The translations under genes and the position numbers were made by a program. The notes beneath the pieces are model-generated. The model was not told the DNA's origin, made no database searches, and worked only from the letters and a program-made list of their open reading frames with translations. This document shows, in pieces, positions 47,462 through 56,430 of a stretch of 64,000 bases of DNA. The stretch spans positions 22,779 to 86,778 of the forward strand of contig CACHSA010000003.1 of assembly GCA_902582405.1 (NCBI GenBank), given 5' to 3'. Position 1 is the first letter of the stretch, and each line of letters opens with the position of its first letter. This DNA comes from an uncultured Bacteroidota bacterium (GTDB lineage: Bacteria > Bacteroidota > Bacteroidia > Flavobacteriales > Flavobacteriaceae).

Positions 47462-47618
47462 TAAAAGCCCAGGAAACTGCATAAAATCCAACCCCTGCAA
47501 CAGAAAAGCCTATTGCATATTCCCTGTATTTAAACAAACCGAGAAGTATTAAAGCTGTGCCAAGTATTCCCATACATAAGGAGGATATCCTAAATATTTT
47601 ATTTTTATTTAAGCTCAT
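47439..47618 (-). CDS. Candidate 59-aa two-TM small membrane protein (not in ORF track)
   Basis: Hand translation gives MSLNKNKIFRISSLCMGILGTALILLGLFKYREYAIGFSVAGVGFYAVSWAFNALKGRV. It has two hydrophobic helices separated by KYRE. It lies between the CPBP and hydrolase genes on the same strand. Confidence 0.45.
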   Translation of the reverse strand: MSLNKNKIFRISSLCMGILGTALILLGLFKYREYAIGFSVAGVGFYAVSWAFNALKGRV

Positions 47619-47693
47619 ATAGAAATCTTTTACAAATATCGATTTTTTATATAAATTAAATAATAATTCAGAAAAAAATAAATAAAATAATAA

Positions 47694-48602
47694 TTACTTA
47701 AGAAGTTTTGTTTTCCAGGTGACCCATTTATATTTTTTAGAAAGTAAAAGAAATACTAAAGGATAAATTATAAATACATATAGTAAAACCTCTTTGCTGA
47801 AGTGTGGTTCTCCAATAAACTTAAAAAATGAATATGTCTCAAATGCAGTCCAATCAGCAGTAACCAAAAGGGAAGCGACTAGGTTATTTGACACGTGAAA
47901 ACCAGAAGATAGTTCGACACCCTCATCCATTAAAGTTACAATCCCAAAAAATAATCCAGTTCCAATATAATAGATCAATAATCCATATCCAATTTTTTGA
48001 ATTTCTGGATTAAGTATGTGGAGTAATCCAAAAATTATTGAAGTGCTTAAAAGGGGTAATAGCCTATTTTTAAAAAAAACGGTAAGCCCCTGCATTAAAT
48101 ATCCCCTAAAAATTAGTTCTTCTAAAATTGACTGTACTGGTATCATTAATATTGATATTAAAAAAAGTATAAGAAATTTGGATAAGTTAAAGTTCCACTC
48201 GTAATTAGTGGGACTAATCAGAATATCAAGAGAAAAAACCGATATACTTATTAAAGACCAGAGAATAAATGCGAATTTAAATCTTTCGAGATCAATTTTT
48301 TTTCTTGAAGTTATTATTGAAATTAACAATCTAGAGTGAATTTTGTTCACAACAAACCACAATCCCAAAAAAGAACAAACAGAGGGTAATAGCAGTAGAA
48401 ACAATAGTAAATTTTTATCTAGAGAAGAAAAAATATTTAACCCTTCTGAAGAAGTATTTATTTCATTGGGTAGAAAAAAAAATAATGGGATTTGACCAAT
48501 AAATGAAAAAATCAAAACAATCATTAACCCTAGTAGATAAAATCCTAGAGGCTTTTTAACTTTACAGAAGTCTTCGAGAAACCTGTTTATTTTAGCCTCC
48601 AT
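47694..48602 (-). CDS. CPBP-family (CAAX protease/Rce1-like) intramembrane glutamic protease
   Basis: All three motifs are intact: EELIFRGY (EExxxR), FGLLH (FxxxH) and HVSNN (HxxxN). The protein is polytopic. Confidence 0.85.
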   Translation of the reverse strand: MEAKINRFLEDFCKVKKPLGFYLLGLMIVLIFSFIGQIPLFFFLPNEINTSSEGLNIFSSLDKNLLLFLLLLPSVCSFLGLWFVVNKIHSRLLISIITSRKKIDLERFKFAFILWSLISISVFSLDILISPTNYEWNFNLSKFLILFLISILMIPVQSILEELIFRGYLMQGLTVFFKNRLLPLLSTSIIFGLLHILNPEIQKIGYGLLIYYIGTGLFFGIVTLMDEGVELSSGFHVSNNLVASLLVTADWTAFETYSFFKFIGEPHFSKEVLLYVFIIYPLVFLLLSKKYKWVTWKTKLLK

Positions 48603-48621
48603 ATTTTCGATAGATATTTTA

Positions 48622-49974
48622 CTAAAAATAAAAACTAATTATTATCCCAAAACAAAAAAAGATTTGGTAGTAAATTGTTTGAATATTATAGTAAACAAGT
48701 GATCTTTTATTGTAATTTTTAAACAAACCATAACAAATAAAGATTCCATATATCGCTAACATTGAAATAATTACAGAGAACGCAGTTTCATTAAAATTTA
48801 AAACTTTTGATGAAAATAAGTCCTTAAGCGAATAAGAAAGAATGATAGTAATTACAAAATTTAGCAAAAATATCCACCTTGATAATTTTTTACCTAATAA
48901 GACAACCAGATTAATTTTTCCAGTAATTTTATCTGAATTGTGGTCGGGAAATTGGTTTATAAATAAGATGTTTGTTGTTAATAACCCTAATGGTAATCCT
49001 ATCATGATAAAATCTCTGAGATTTTGAAAATCTATAAAAATAGTATTTGTAGACATTGCAATAGCACTCCCAACAGTCAAAAGAGGTCCGAAACATAAAA
49101 ATATTGTCAATTCTCCTAACCCACTTCTGCCTGAAAGTCTAACAGGTTTTGCTGTGTAAAAATATCCTAGGACAATAGCTATAAAAGCAATAAAGCTTAT
49201 TGCCTTTACATTTGAGAGTGAATTTGTAATCAAATAACTGTTATGACAAACGATTATTAAAAAAATCATAGAAATACTCAGCATAATATTCGCGAGCTTT
49301 TTAGTTTTTTTAAGTGTTATTAGACCTAATTCTATAGCTCTACTACCTCCAGATATCTGAGCACCTCTTAAAACTAGAGATTTGTCACCAACATTGAAAT
49401 ATTCACTATTTGCATCATCTGTGCCATGTTTAACGTCAAAATAATCGTTATACAAATTTGAAAATAAGTGTAGAAAAAAGACCCCACTAATTGACAATAT
49501 TGAATTTAGAAAACTCAAATTTCCAGTAGACGACAAAAAATAAGAAACAACAACCATAGGTAAAATTGAAGCCAAAGTAAAACCGCCTCTGGTTATAGCA
49601 ATACCCCTAATCAATTTTGTTGAAAATTTAATTGGTATTTCTACTTTTTCATTTATTTCTTTCGTAATACCACAGTAGCCGGTTTGAGCCTTATCTTTTC
49701 CATTTGCATAATTAGGAGTTATTAGAATTTCAGCATTAAATAAAGAACCATCCTTTCTTTTAAACCTAGTTTTAACAATTGACTTACCTTTTTTATTAGC
49801 CTCATCTAACCAACCCAAAACATTTTGAATAACTATGTCGGCTTCAGAAAAAATAGAAACCCTTTTTATTCCAACTAGCTCTTCTTTTGAATATCCAAAC
49901 ATGTTTAGGGCTCCTTTATTCATTTCTTGAATAACACCCTCCATATCACAAATTATTACACTTTTCATAAACAA
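48622..49974 (-). CDS. PAS-domain / MenA-like UbiA-superfamily prenyltransferase fusion protein
   Basis: Residues 1-105 are PAS-like (GVIQEMNKGALNMFGYSKEELVG...KRKDGSLFNAEILITP). The remaining 8-9 TM segments carry the MenA-type Asp-rich motifs NLYNDYFDVKHGTD and NQFPDHNSDKITGK. Confidence 0.8.
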   Translation of the reverse strand: MFMKSVIICDMEGVIQEMNKGALNMFGYSKEELVGIKRVSIFSEADIVIQNVLGWLDEANKKGKSIVKTRFKRKDGSLFNAEILITPNYANGKDKAQTGYCGITKEINEKVEIPIKFSTKLIRGIAITRGGFTLASILPMVVVSYFLSSTGNLSFLNSILSISGVFFLHLFSNLYNDYFDVKHGTDDANSEYFNVGDKSLVLRGAQISGGSRAIELGLITLKKTKKLANIMLSISMIFLIIVCHNSYLITNSLSNVKAISFIAFIAIVLGYFYTAKPVRLSGRSGLGELTIFLCFGPLLTVGSAIAMSTNTIFIDFQNLRDFIMIGLPLGLLTTNILFINQFPDHNSDKITGKINLVVLLGKKLSRWIFLLNFVITIILSYSLKDLFSSKVLNFNETAFSVIISMLAIYGIFICYGLFKNYNKRSLVYYNIQTIYYQIFFCFGIIISFYF

Positions 49975-50030
49975 AATTTAGGCATAAATATAGATCATTA
50001 TAACTTCAAAGTCTCGATTTCTGGTAGAAT

Positions 50031-50062
50031 TAAAAATAAAAACGCCACTTAAAGTGGCGTTT
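50031..50062 (-). terminator. Intrinsic terminator downstream of dnaK
   Basis: The 10-bp stem AAACGCCACT / AGTGGCGTTT has a 3-nt loop (50040-50062), starts 5 nt after the dnaK stop, and has T-rich tracts on both sides. Confidence 0.8.
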
Positions 50063-50067
50063 GTTTT

Positions 50068-51981
50068 TTATTTAACCTCTTCAAAATCTACGTCCTGGAC
50101 ATCATCTTTTCCAGAGTTGCCCTTATCAGTCTTCTTATCTGATTCTTTACTTCCATTTTGTGGCTGATTTTGACTTTCAGCTTGAGCTTTGTACATCTCT
50201 TCTGAAGCAGCTTTCCAAGCATTATTGATTTTCTCTAAAGAAGAGTCAATCAACTTAGGATCTTTGCTCTGATGCGCAGACTTTAAATCTTTTAAGGCGT
50301 CCTCAATGGGCTTCTTTTTATCTGTTGAGAGTTTATCTCCAAACTCTTTGAGTTGACTTTCAGTTTGAAAAATCATTTGATCAGCACTATTTAATTTATC
50401 AACTTCATCTTTAGCTTTTTTATCTGCCTCAGCATTGGCTTCAGCTTCTTTTTTCATCTTTTCAATTTCCTCTTCAGTAAGTCCGGAAGAAGCTTCTATT
50501 CTTATATCTTGTGATTTTCCTGTTGCTTTGTCAGCCGCAGTGACTTTAATTATACCATTCGCATCAATGTCAAAGGTTACCTCTATTTGTGGAGTACCTC
50601 TCGGAGCTGGGGGTATACCGTCAAGATGAAATCTACCAATTGTTTTATTATCTGCAGCCATTGACCTTTCTCCTTGTAATACATGAATTTCAACAGACGG
50701 TTGGTTGTCGGCAGCAGTAGAAAAAACTTGAGATTTTTTAGTTGGGATTGTTGTATTAGCCTCAATAAGCTTTGTTAGAACTCCTCCCATAGTCTCAATT
50801 CCAAGTGAAAGTGGTGTTACATCTAAAAGTAATACATCTTTAACATCTCCTGTCAATACACCTCCTTGAATTCCTGCTCCTACAGCAACAACTTCGTCTG
50901 GATTCACTCCCTTAGATGGTTTTTTACCGAAAAACTTTTCAACTTCACTTTGGATTACTGGAATTCTTGTTGATCCCCCAACCAAAATAACTTCATCGAT
51001 ATCAGAGGTATTTAAACCAGCATCTTTTAAGGCTTTTTTTACAGGGGTTATCGATCTTTTAACTAAATCATCAGATAATTGCTCAAACTTTGAACGAGTT
51101 AAAGATGTAACTAAATGCTTTGGCCCAGAAGGAGATGCAGTTACATACGGTAGATTGATTTCGGTTTGAGTTGAAGATGATAATTCTATTTTAGCCTTTT
51201 CAGCAGCCTCTTTCAGTCTCTGAAGTGCCATTGGATCTTTCCTCAAATCTATATCTTCATCTTTTAAAAACTGCTCGGCGAGCCAGTCAATCAAAACTTG
51301 ATCAAAATCGTCTCCGCCCAAATGGGTGTCACCGTTGGTTGACAAAACTTCAAAAACACCATCGCCTAATTCAAGGATCGATATGTCGAAAGTTCCTCCT
51401 CCTAAATCGTAAACTGCAATTTTCTTATCGGACCCCCCCTTATCAAGACCATAGGCTAAGGCAGCAGCAGTAGGCTCATTTATAATCCTTTTAACTTTAA
51501 GACCAGAAATTTCACCTGCTTCTTTAGTTGCTTGTCTTTGGGAATCATTAAAATATGCTGGAACAGTAATTACTGCTTCAGAAATTGACTGGCCAAGATA
51601 GTCCTCAGCTGTTTTTTTCATTTTCTGAAGTATCATAGCAGACAATTCTTGCGGAGTATACAATCTACCATCTATATCCACTCTTGGTGTGTCATTATCA
51701 CCTTTTGTTACTTTGTAAGCTACAGTAGAAGCCTCTTTAGTTGATTCAGAATATTTATTACCCATAAAACGCTTTACAGAAGCTACAGTCTTAGTTGGAT
51801 TTGTGACAGCTTGCCTTTTAGCAGGATCACCAACTTTGATCTCACCACCTTCTACAAATGCAATAACAGATGGTGTTGTTCGTTTACCTTCGGCATTAGG
51901 AATAACAACAGGTTCTTTTCCTTCCATAACTGAAACACAAGAATTTGTTGTCCCTAAATCAATACCAATAATTTTACTCAT
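50068..51981 (-). CDS. dnaK: Molecular chaperone DnaK (Hsp70)
   Basis: [22 protein letters not shown], and [11 protein letters not shown]. The ATG at 51981 gives the canonical N-terminus; the track's 52008 start adds 9 unlikely residues. Confidence 0.97.
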   Translation of the reverse strand: MSKIIGIDLGTTNSCVSVMEGKEPVVIPNAEGKRTTPSVIAFVEGGEIKVGDPAKRQAVTNPTKTVASVKRFMGNKYSESTKEASTVAYKVTKGDNDTPRVDIDGRLYTPQELSAMILQKMKKTAEDYLGQSISEAVITVPAYFNDSQRQATKEAGEISGLKVKRIINEPTAAALAYGLDKGGSDKKIAVYDLGGGTFDISILELGDGVFEVLSTNGDTHLGGDDFDQVLIDWLAEQFLKDEDIDLRKDPMALQRLKEAAEKAKIELSSSTQTEINLPYVTASPSGPKHLVTSLTRSKFEQLSDDLVKRSITPVKKALKDAGLNTSDIDEVILVGGSTRIPVIQSEVEKFFGKKPSKGVNPDEVVAVGAGIQGGVLTGDVKDVLLLDVTPLSLGIETMGGVLTKLIEANTTIPTKKSQVFSTAADNQPSVEIHVLQGERSMAADNKTIGRFHLDGIPPAPRGTPQIEVTFDIDANGIIKVTAADKATGKSQDIRIEASSGLTEEEIEKMKKEAEANAEADKKAKDEVDKLNSADQMIFQTESQLKEFGDKLSTDKKKPIEDALKDLKSAHQSKDPKLIDSSLEKINNAWKAASEEMYKAQAESQNQPQNGSKESDKKTDKGNSGKDDVQDVDFEEVK

Positions 51982-52105
51982 ATTATATTTTTTTTTAAAT
52001 ATTGACAATCATTATGCCAGCTAATAAAAACTGACATGCTGTCATAATTTTATTATTTAAAATTGATTTAAAAATTTAAATTTGTAAATAAATCTAAAAT
52101 GAACT

Positions 52106-52921
52106 TTGAAAAATAAAATAACATATAAAATTATCACAACAAAATCATTATTTGAAATGAAACAAAATAATGAAAAAATTTCAATGCTGACCGCCTATGA
52201 CTACTCAATGGCTAAAATCATCGATAGTGCTGGTATAGATGTAATTTTAGTAGGGGACTCCGCATCAAATGTTTTTGCAGGTCATGAAACAACCTTGCCA
52301 ATAACCCTTGATCAAATGATTTATCATGCATCATCTGTTGTTAAGGCAGCTAATAGGGCTCTTATTGTAGTTGATTTACCATTTGGTAGTTATCAATCAG
52401 ATTCTAGTGGTGCATTAAAATCAGCTATTAGAATAATGAAAGAGTCTGGAGCTCACGCCGTTAAGCTTGAGGGTGGCGAAACACAAAAACAGTCAATTGA
52501 AAGAATACTACAAGCGGGAATTCCTGTAATGGGTCATCTTGGTCTAACCCCACAGTCAATATACAAATTTGGAACGTACTCAGTCAGGGCTCAAGAGAAA
52601 ATTGAGGCCGAAAAATTAATCAATGATTCATTACTTTTGGAAAAACTTGGCTGCTTTGGTATTGTTTTAGAAAAAATTCCAGCTAAACTTGCTGCTAAAA
52701 TAGCTTCAAAATTAAGTATTCCAATTATTGGTATTGGAGCAGGTAAAGATGTTGATGGACAAGTACTGGTTATAAATGACATGCTTGGAATGAACAAAGA
52801 ATTTAGTCCACGTTTCCTTAGACGCTATGCAGATTTAAATAAATTAATCAATAAAGCTGTTCAAAATTACTCACTTGACGTAAAAAAAGGAGATTTTCCA
52901 AACAATAATGAACAGTACTAG
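52106..52921 (+). CDS. panB: 3-methyl-2-oxobutanoate hydroxymethyltransferase
   Basis: MLTAYDY, LVGDS, VKLEGG, and GHLGLTPQS. The apparent start at 52106 is a TTG, and the conserved N-terminal region precedes the first ATG. Confidence 0.92.
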   Translation: MKNKITYKIITTKSLFEMKQNNEKISMLTAYDYSMAKIIDSAGIDVILVGDSASNVFAGHETTLPITLDQMIYHASSVVKAANRALIVVDLPFGSYQSDSSGALKSAIRIMKESGAHAVKLEGGETQKQSIERILQAGIPVMGHLGLTPQSIYKFGTYSVRAQEKIEAEKLINDSLLLEKLGCFGIVLEKIPAKLAAKIASKLSIPIIGIGAGKDVDGQVLVINDMLGMNKEFSPRFLRRYADLNKLINKAVQNYSLDVKKGDFPNNNEQY

Positions 52922-53609
52922 CTTAGTTAGAAATAATTTAATTTACGAAGACAATCATTTATTAGTTTTTAATAAACAGCAAGGAATATTGGTTCAAGGA
53001 GACATTACTGGTGACATTTCATTGTTAGAAATACTCAAGAAATATTTAAAAATATCTAAAAAAAAAGCAGGAAATGTTTATTTGGGACTTGTACACAGAC
53101 TCGATAGAATGTCAAGTGGTGTTATTGTTTTTGCCAAAACATCAAAGGCACTGTCGAGACTTAATAAACAATTTAAAAACAGAGAAGTTTCAAAAAAATA
53201 TTGGGCTATAGTTGAAGGTGAAAATATACCTAAAGAAGAAAAATTGATAAACTGGTTAAAAAAAAACCAAAAAAAAAACAAATCCTTCGTTATAGATAAA
53301 GAATTGAAAGGAAGTAAAAGGGCAATTTTGAAATATAAATTAATAAAAAAATTAAAAAATTATTCTTTTATTGAAGTTGAGCTTGAAACAGGTAGACATC
53401 ATCAAATTAGATCTCAGATAGCCTACCGAGGTTTTCCAATTAAAGGAGATGTAAAGTATGGTTCAAAAAGATCAAATAAAAATTCGTTTATTTATTTACA
53501 TTCTAGACAACTTACGCTTGTTCATCCCGTCACAAATGAAAAGCTAAAATTTGTCGCTAAGTGTCCAAAAGACTCTCTTTGGAAATCTTGCGAAGGGGTG
53601 AGTTCTTAG
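52908..53609 (+). CDS. RluA-family pseudouridine synthase
   Basis: The catalytic motif is [18 protein letters not shown], plus TGRHHQIR. It lacks an S4 domain. 233 aa. Confidence 0.87.
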   Translation: MNSTSLVRNNLIYEDNHLLVFNKQQGILVQGDITGDISLLEILKKYLKISKKKAGNVYLGLVHRLDRMSSGVIVFAKTSKALSRLNKQFKNREVSKKYWAIVEGENIPKEEKLINWLKKNQKKNKSFVIDKELKGSKRAILKYKLIKKLKNYSFIEVELETGRHHQIRSQIAYRGFPIKGDVKYGSKRSNKNSFIYLHSRQLTLVHPVTNEKLKFVAKCPKDSLWKSCEGVSS

Positions 53610-55137
53610 ATGCTTTTTCTTGTATGATTTTTGATATTGGAATATTATAAATTTTACTCTCTAACCATGACAAAATATCCAAATAAAGAAATGCTCTTCT
53701 TTCATAGGGGTCATTTTCATATGGTTTTAATTCTTCATGCAAACTTTTAAAATTTTCTCTCAATTCATGTGGATATATATTACCCAAATTTCTAACAAAT
53801 TTTATCATTAACTTTTGAACTTCGTGTAAATCGTTCATTTTAAGTAAAAATTTGTAGGTATCTCTAATATGCTTATCAATATCATAATCAAAACCTGCTT
53901 CGTAATGAGCTACCAAGTTTAAAACTCTCGTGAAGCACAATAAGTCCTCACGCATTTTTAACTCCTTATTTTGGACAATAAAATTTAAATATTTAATGGA
54001 GTCAACGTATCTATTACAACCAAAATAAAGACAAGCAATCTTATAGTAAACTAACATTACATGGTGAGGGTCAATTTGATTTTTTAAGTCATTTATTTTG
54101 AATAATATTTTGGGTATCATTTTCAATCCATTTTCAAATTTACCTTCCATAAACAAGAGATTAAAACGATTATTTGTCAAATAGAGGAAAGTTAAAGTCG
54201 AAATGTTATTATTTTTTGGAAATAAGTCAGAACTAACAGTTTCTTCAAATTTTAATAAAACCTCTTTAAATTTCTTTGGATACTTGATTAAAACCAAAGC
54301 TTCCATCAAAAAATTATTAGCTTTTAGATAGAAAACAGGGTGAGATAGAATCATAGATTTTTTAAAATCAAATAAATCAACCCATCTTCTCGAAAACTTG
54401 TAACTAGCTAAAAAATCTTGGATTAGTAAACTATACCATACGTTTACTTTACAAAACCATAGTTTTTCTCTAAAACCTAATTTACTATAATTAACCTTTG
54501 GCATTCTTTCAAAAAAAAACTTTGTTATCTCTCGAAATTCTTCATCACTTTTAGCATAACCTGCTTTTATTAACCTTTCATATAATTGCAATGAAAGATT
54601 TGACAAACTACTACATAATTTGTTTTCAGCGGATAAAGCTTTAGAATGCTTAATAAGTTTGTCTGCCCTATTGCTCATGCTTCTAGTTATGTATTGAGAC
54701 TCAATTAATTTTTCAATTTCTACTATTTCAAAAGCGGAGTACTTTTCGTCTAAGTCTATAGATGTACTTTTGGCCCTGTCTAATATTTTTAGACTTTGTT
54801 TATACAAACCCTTTTGATATAAAACTGTAGCAAAATCAATTTGTTCTCTTATAATCATCCTGTTGTCTTGTAACATAGGATTCATTCTTAAACATTGAAG
54901 TATTTGATTATACAGATGAGCCTTGAGATTAGATAGCTGTTGCTTAGTAACAAAATTTCTTTTGAGTATTTCTACCTCATCATATTTTGTAGATTTATCA
55001 ATGAAATTAAATAATTTAATAAATTTAGCATCCTTATTAGATTTTACCCTACCTACGAATAATTTAAACTGTCTTTTTTCAGATTTAGACAATGACTTGA
55101 TCAATTGATAGAGATTTTCTTTATTTTGTTTGGACAT
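53557..55137 (-). CDS. Hypothetical 526-aa all-helical (TPR-like?) protein of unknown function
   Basis: The long ORF has ordinary codon texture for this window, no signal peptide and no TM segment. It has helical-repeat character with many aromatic/Leu heptads. I recognise no catalytic motif. Confidence 0.6.
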   Translation of the reverse strand: MSKQNKENLYQLIKSLSKSEKRQFKLFVGRVKSNKDAKFIKLFNFIDKSTKYDEVEILKRNFVTKQQLSNLKAHLYNQILQCLRMNPMLQDNRMIIREQIDFATVLYQKGLYKQSLKILDRAKSTSIDLDEKYSAFEIVEIEKLIESQYITRSMSNRADKLIKHSKALSAENKLCSSLSNLSLQLYERLIKAGYAKSDEEFREITKFFFERMPKVNYSKLGFREKLWFCKVNVWYSLLIQDFLASYKFSRRWVDLFDFKKSMILSHPVFYLKANNFLMEALVLIKYPKKFKEVLLKFEETVSSDLFPKNNNISTLTFLYLTNNRFNLLFMEGKFENGLKMIPKILFKINDLKNQIDPHHVMLVYYKIACLYFGCNRYVDSIKYLNFIVQNKELKMREDLLCFTRVLNLVAHYEAGFDYDIDKHIRDTYKFLLKMNDLHEVQKLMIKFVRNLGNIYPHELRENFKSLHEELKPYENDPYERRAFLYLDILSWLESKIYNIPISKIIQEKASKNSPLRKISKESLLDT

Positions 55138-55269
55138 TGGAATAATTATTTATTTGAAGTTAACAAATATGTGCGTTTAAAAGAAATTTAATTAGCTTGA
55201 AAATAATAATATAAAAAGATGAAATAACATTTTTATTGTGTAATTAATATTAATTTAGTTAATAATTAA

Positions 55270-56427
55270 ATGGCTAAAGAAAAGGTATATATTTTTGATA
55301 CTACCCTTAGGGACGGCGAACAGGTCCCTGGATGTAAACTCGATACTAAAAGCAAGCTATCAATAGCTGAAAGGTTGGACGAGATGGGCGTTGATATTAT
55401 TGAAGCCGGTTTTCCAGTGTCTAGCCCTGGAGATTTTAAATCTGTCGTTGAAATATCAAAACTTGTTAAAAATGCTCAAGTATGTGGATTGACAAGAGCA
55501 GTTAAAAAAGATATTGATATAGCTGCTGATTCTCTAAAAAATGCAAAATATCCTAGAATTCATACTGGAATAGGTACATCCGAATACCATATCAAGCATA
55601 AATTTAATTCCACAGAAGAGAAGATTTTAGAAAGAGCAACATCTGCTGTAAAATATGCTAAAACTAAAGTTAATGATATTGAGTTTTATGCTGAAGATGC
55701 TGGAAGAACTGGAAATGATTTTTTAGCTAAAATTTGTGAAGAAGTAATAAAAGTTGGTGCAACAGTTTTAAATATTCCTGATACAACTGGATATTGTTTG
55801 CCAGATGAGTATGGAGAAAAAATAAAATATTTAAAGGAAAATGTTAAGGGTATAAATAAAGCTATTATTTCCTGTCACTGTCACAACGACTTAGGTTTGG
55901 CTACAGCAAACTCAATTTCAGGGGTTAGTAGCGGGGCTAGACAAATTGAATGTACGATCAACGGAATAGGTGAAAGGGCTGGAAACACTTCTTTAGAGGA
56001 AGTTGTAATGATTTTAAGACAACACCCTTCACTAAAACTTCAAACATCCATTAAGTCCAAATACTTATATAGTACAAGTTTGATGGTATCAGAATTAATG
56101 GGAATAATTGTTCAACCAAACAAAGCAGTAATTGGATCAAATGCTTTTGCTCATAGTTCTGGTATTCATCAAGATGGAGTAATTAAAAATCGAGAAACCT
56201 ATGAAATTATTGATCCAAAAGACGTTGGTGTAGATAAGTCTTCAATTATTTTAACTGCCAGAAGTGGGCGAGCAGCTCTAGCATACAGAGCTAAAAATAT
56301 TGGTTTTGAATTAGATAAAATTCAACTTGATAAAGTTTATAATGAGTTTTTAAAATTAGCCGACGCAAAAAAAGAAATTTACGATGATGACATACAAAAA
56401 ATTGTTAAAGCAGCTAATATTAAATAA
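55270..56427 (+). CDS. leuA: 2-isopropylmalate synthase, short form lacking the C-terminal LeuA regulatory domain
   Basis: [29 protein letters not shown], and GIGERAGN. It ends at 385 aa, soon after the catalytic barrel and linker subdomains. It is the first gene of the leu cluster. Confidence 0.88.
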   Translation: MAKEKVYIFDTTLRDGEQVPGCKLDTKSKLSIAERLDEMGVDIIEAGFPVSSPGDFKSVVEISKLVKNAQVCGLTRAVKKDIDIAADSLKNAKYPRIHTGIGTSEYHIKHKFNSTEEKILERATSAVKYAKTKVNDIEFYAEDAGRTGNDFLAKICEEVIKVGATVLNIPDTTGYCLPDEYGEKIKYLKENVKGINKAIISCHCHNDLGLATANSISGVSSGARQIECTINGIGERAGNTSLEEVVMILRQHPSLKLQTSIKSKYLYSTSLMVSELMGIIVQPNKAVIGSNAFAHSSGIHQDGVIKNRETYEIIDPKDVGVDKSSIILTARSGRAALAYRAKNIGFELDKIQLDKVYNEFLKLADAKKEIYDDDIQKIVKAANIK

Positions 56428-56430
56428 GTA

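Noticed and set aside
48622-49974. Considered whether the PAS domain of the prenyltransferase fusion is a blue-light LOV domain.
   Set aside because: The LOV signature (GRNCRFLQ with its reactive Cys) is absent. The only Cys in the PAS part is at residue 9, outside the expected flavin pocket.
52009-52105. E. coli-like TTGACA-17 nt-TAAAAA and an inverted repeat TGACA-TGC-TGTCA in the dnaK/panB divergent spacer, considered as a heat-shock operator (CIRCE-like).
   Set aside because: It does not match the CIRCE consensus. The 5-bp arms are too short to be meaningful in AT-rich DNA, and Bacteroidota promoters do not use the -35/-10 architecture.
55138-55269. Looked for a Leu-rich leader peptide, attenuator or T-box ahead of leuA, by analogy with the his leader.
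   Set aside because: Only trivial mini-ORFs are present (ATG TGC GTT TAA; ATG AAA TAA), with no Leu codon run and no stem-loop with a U-tract.
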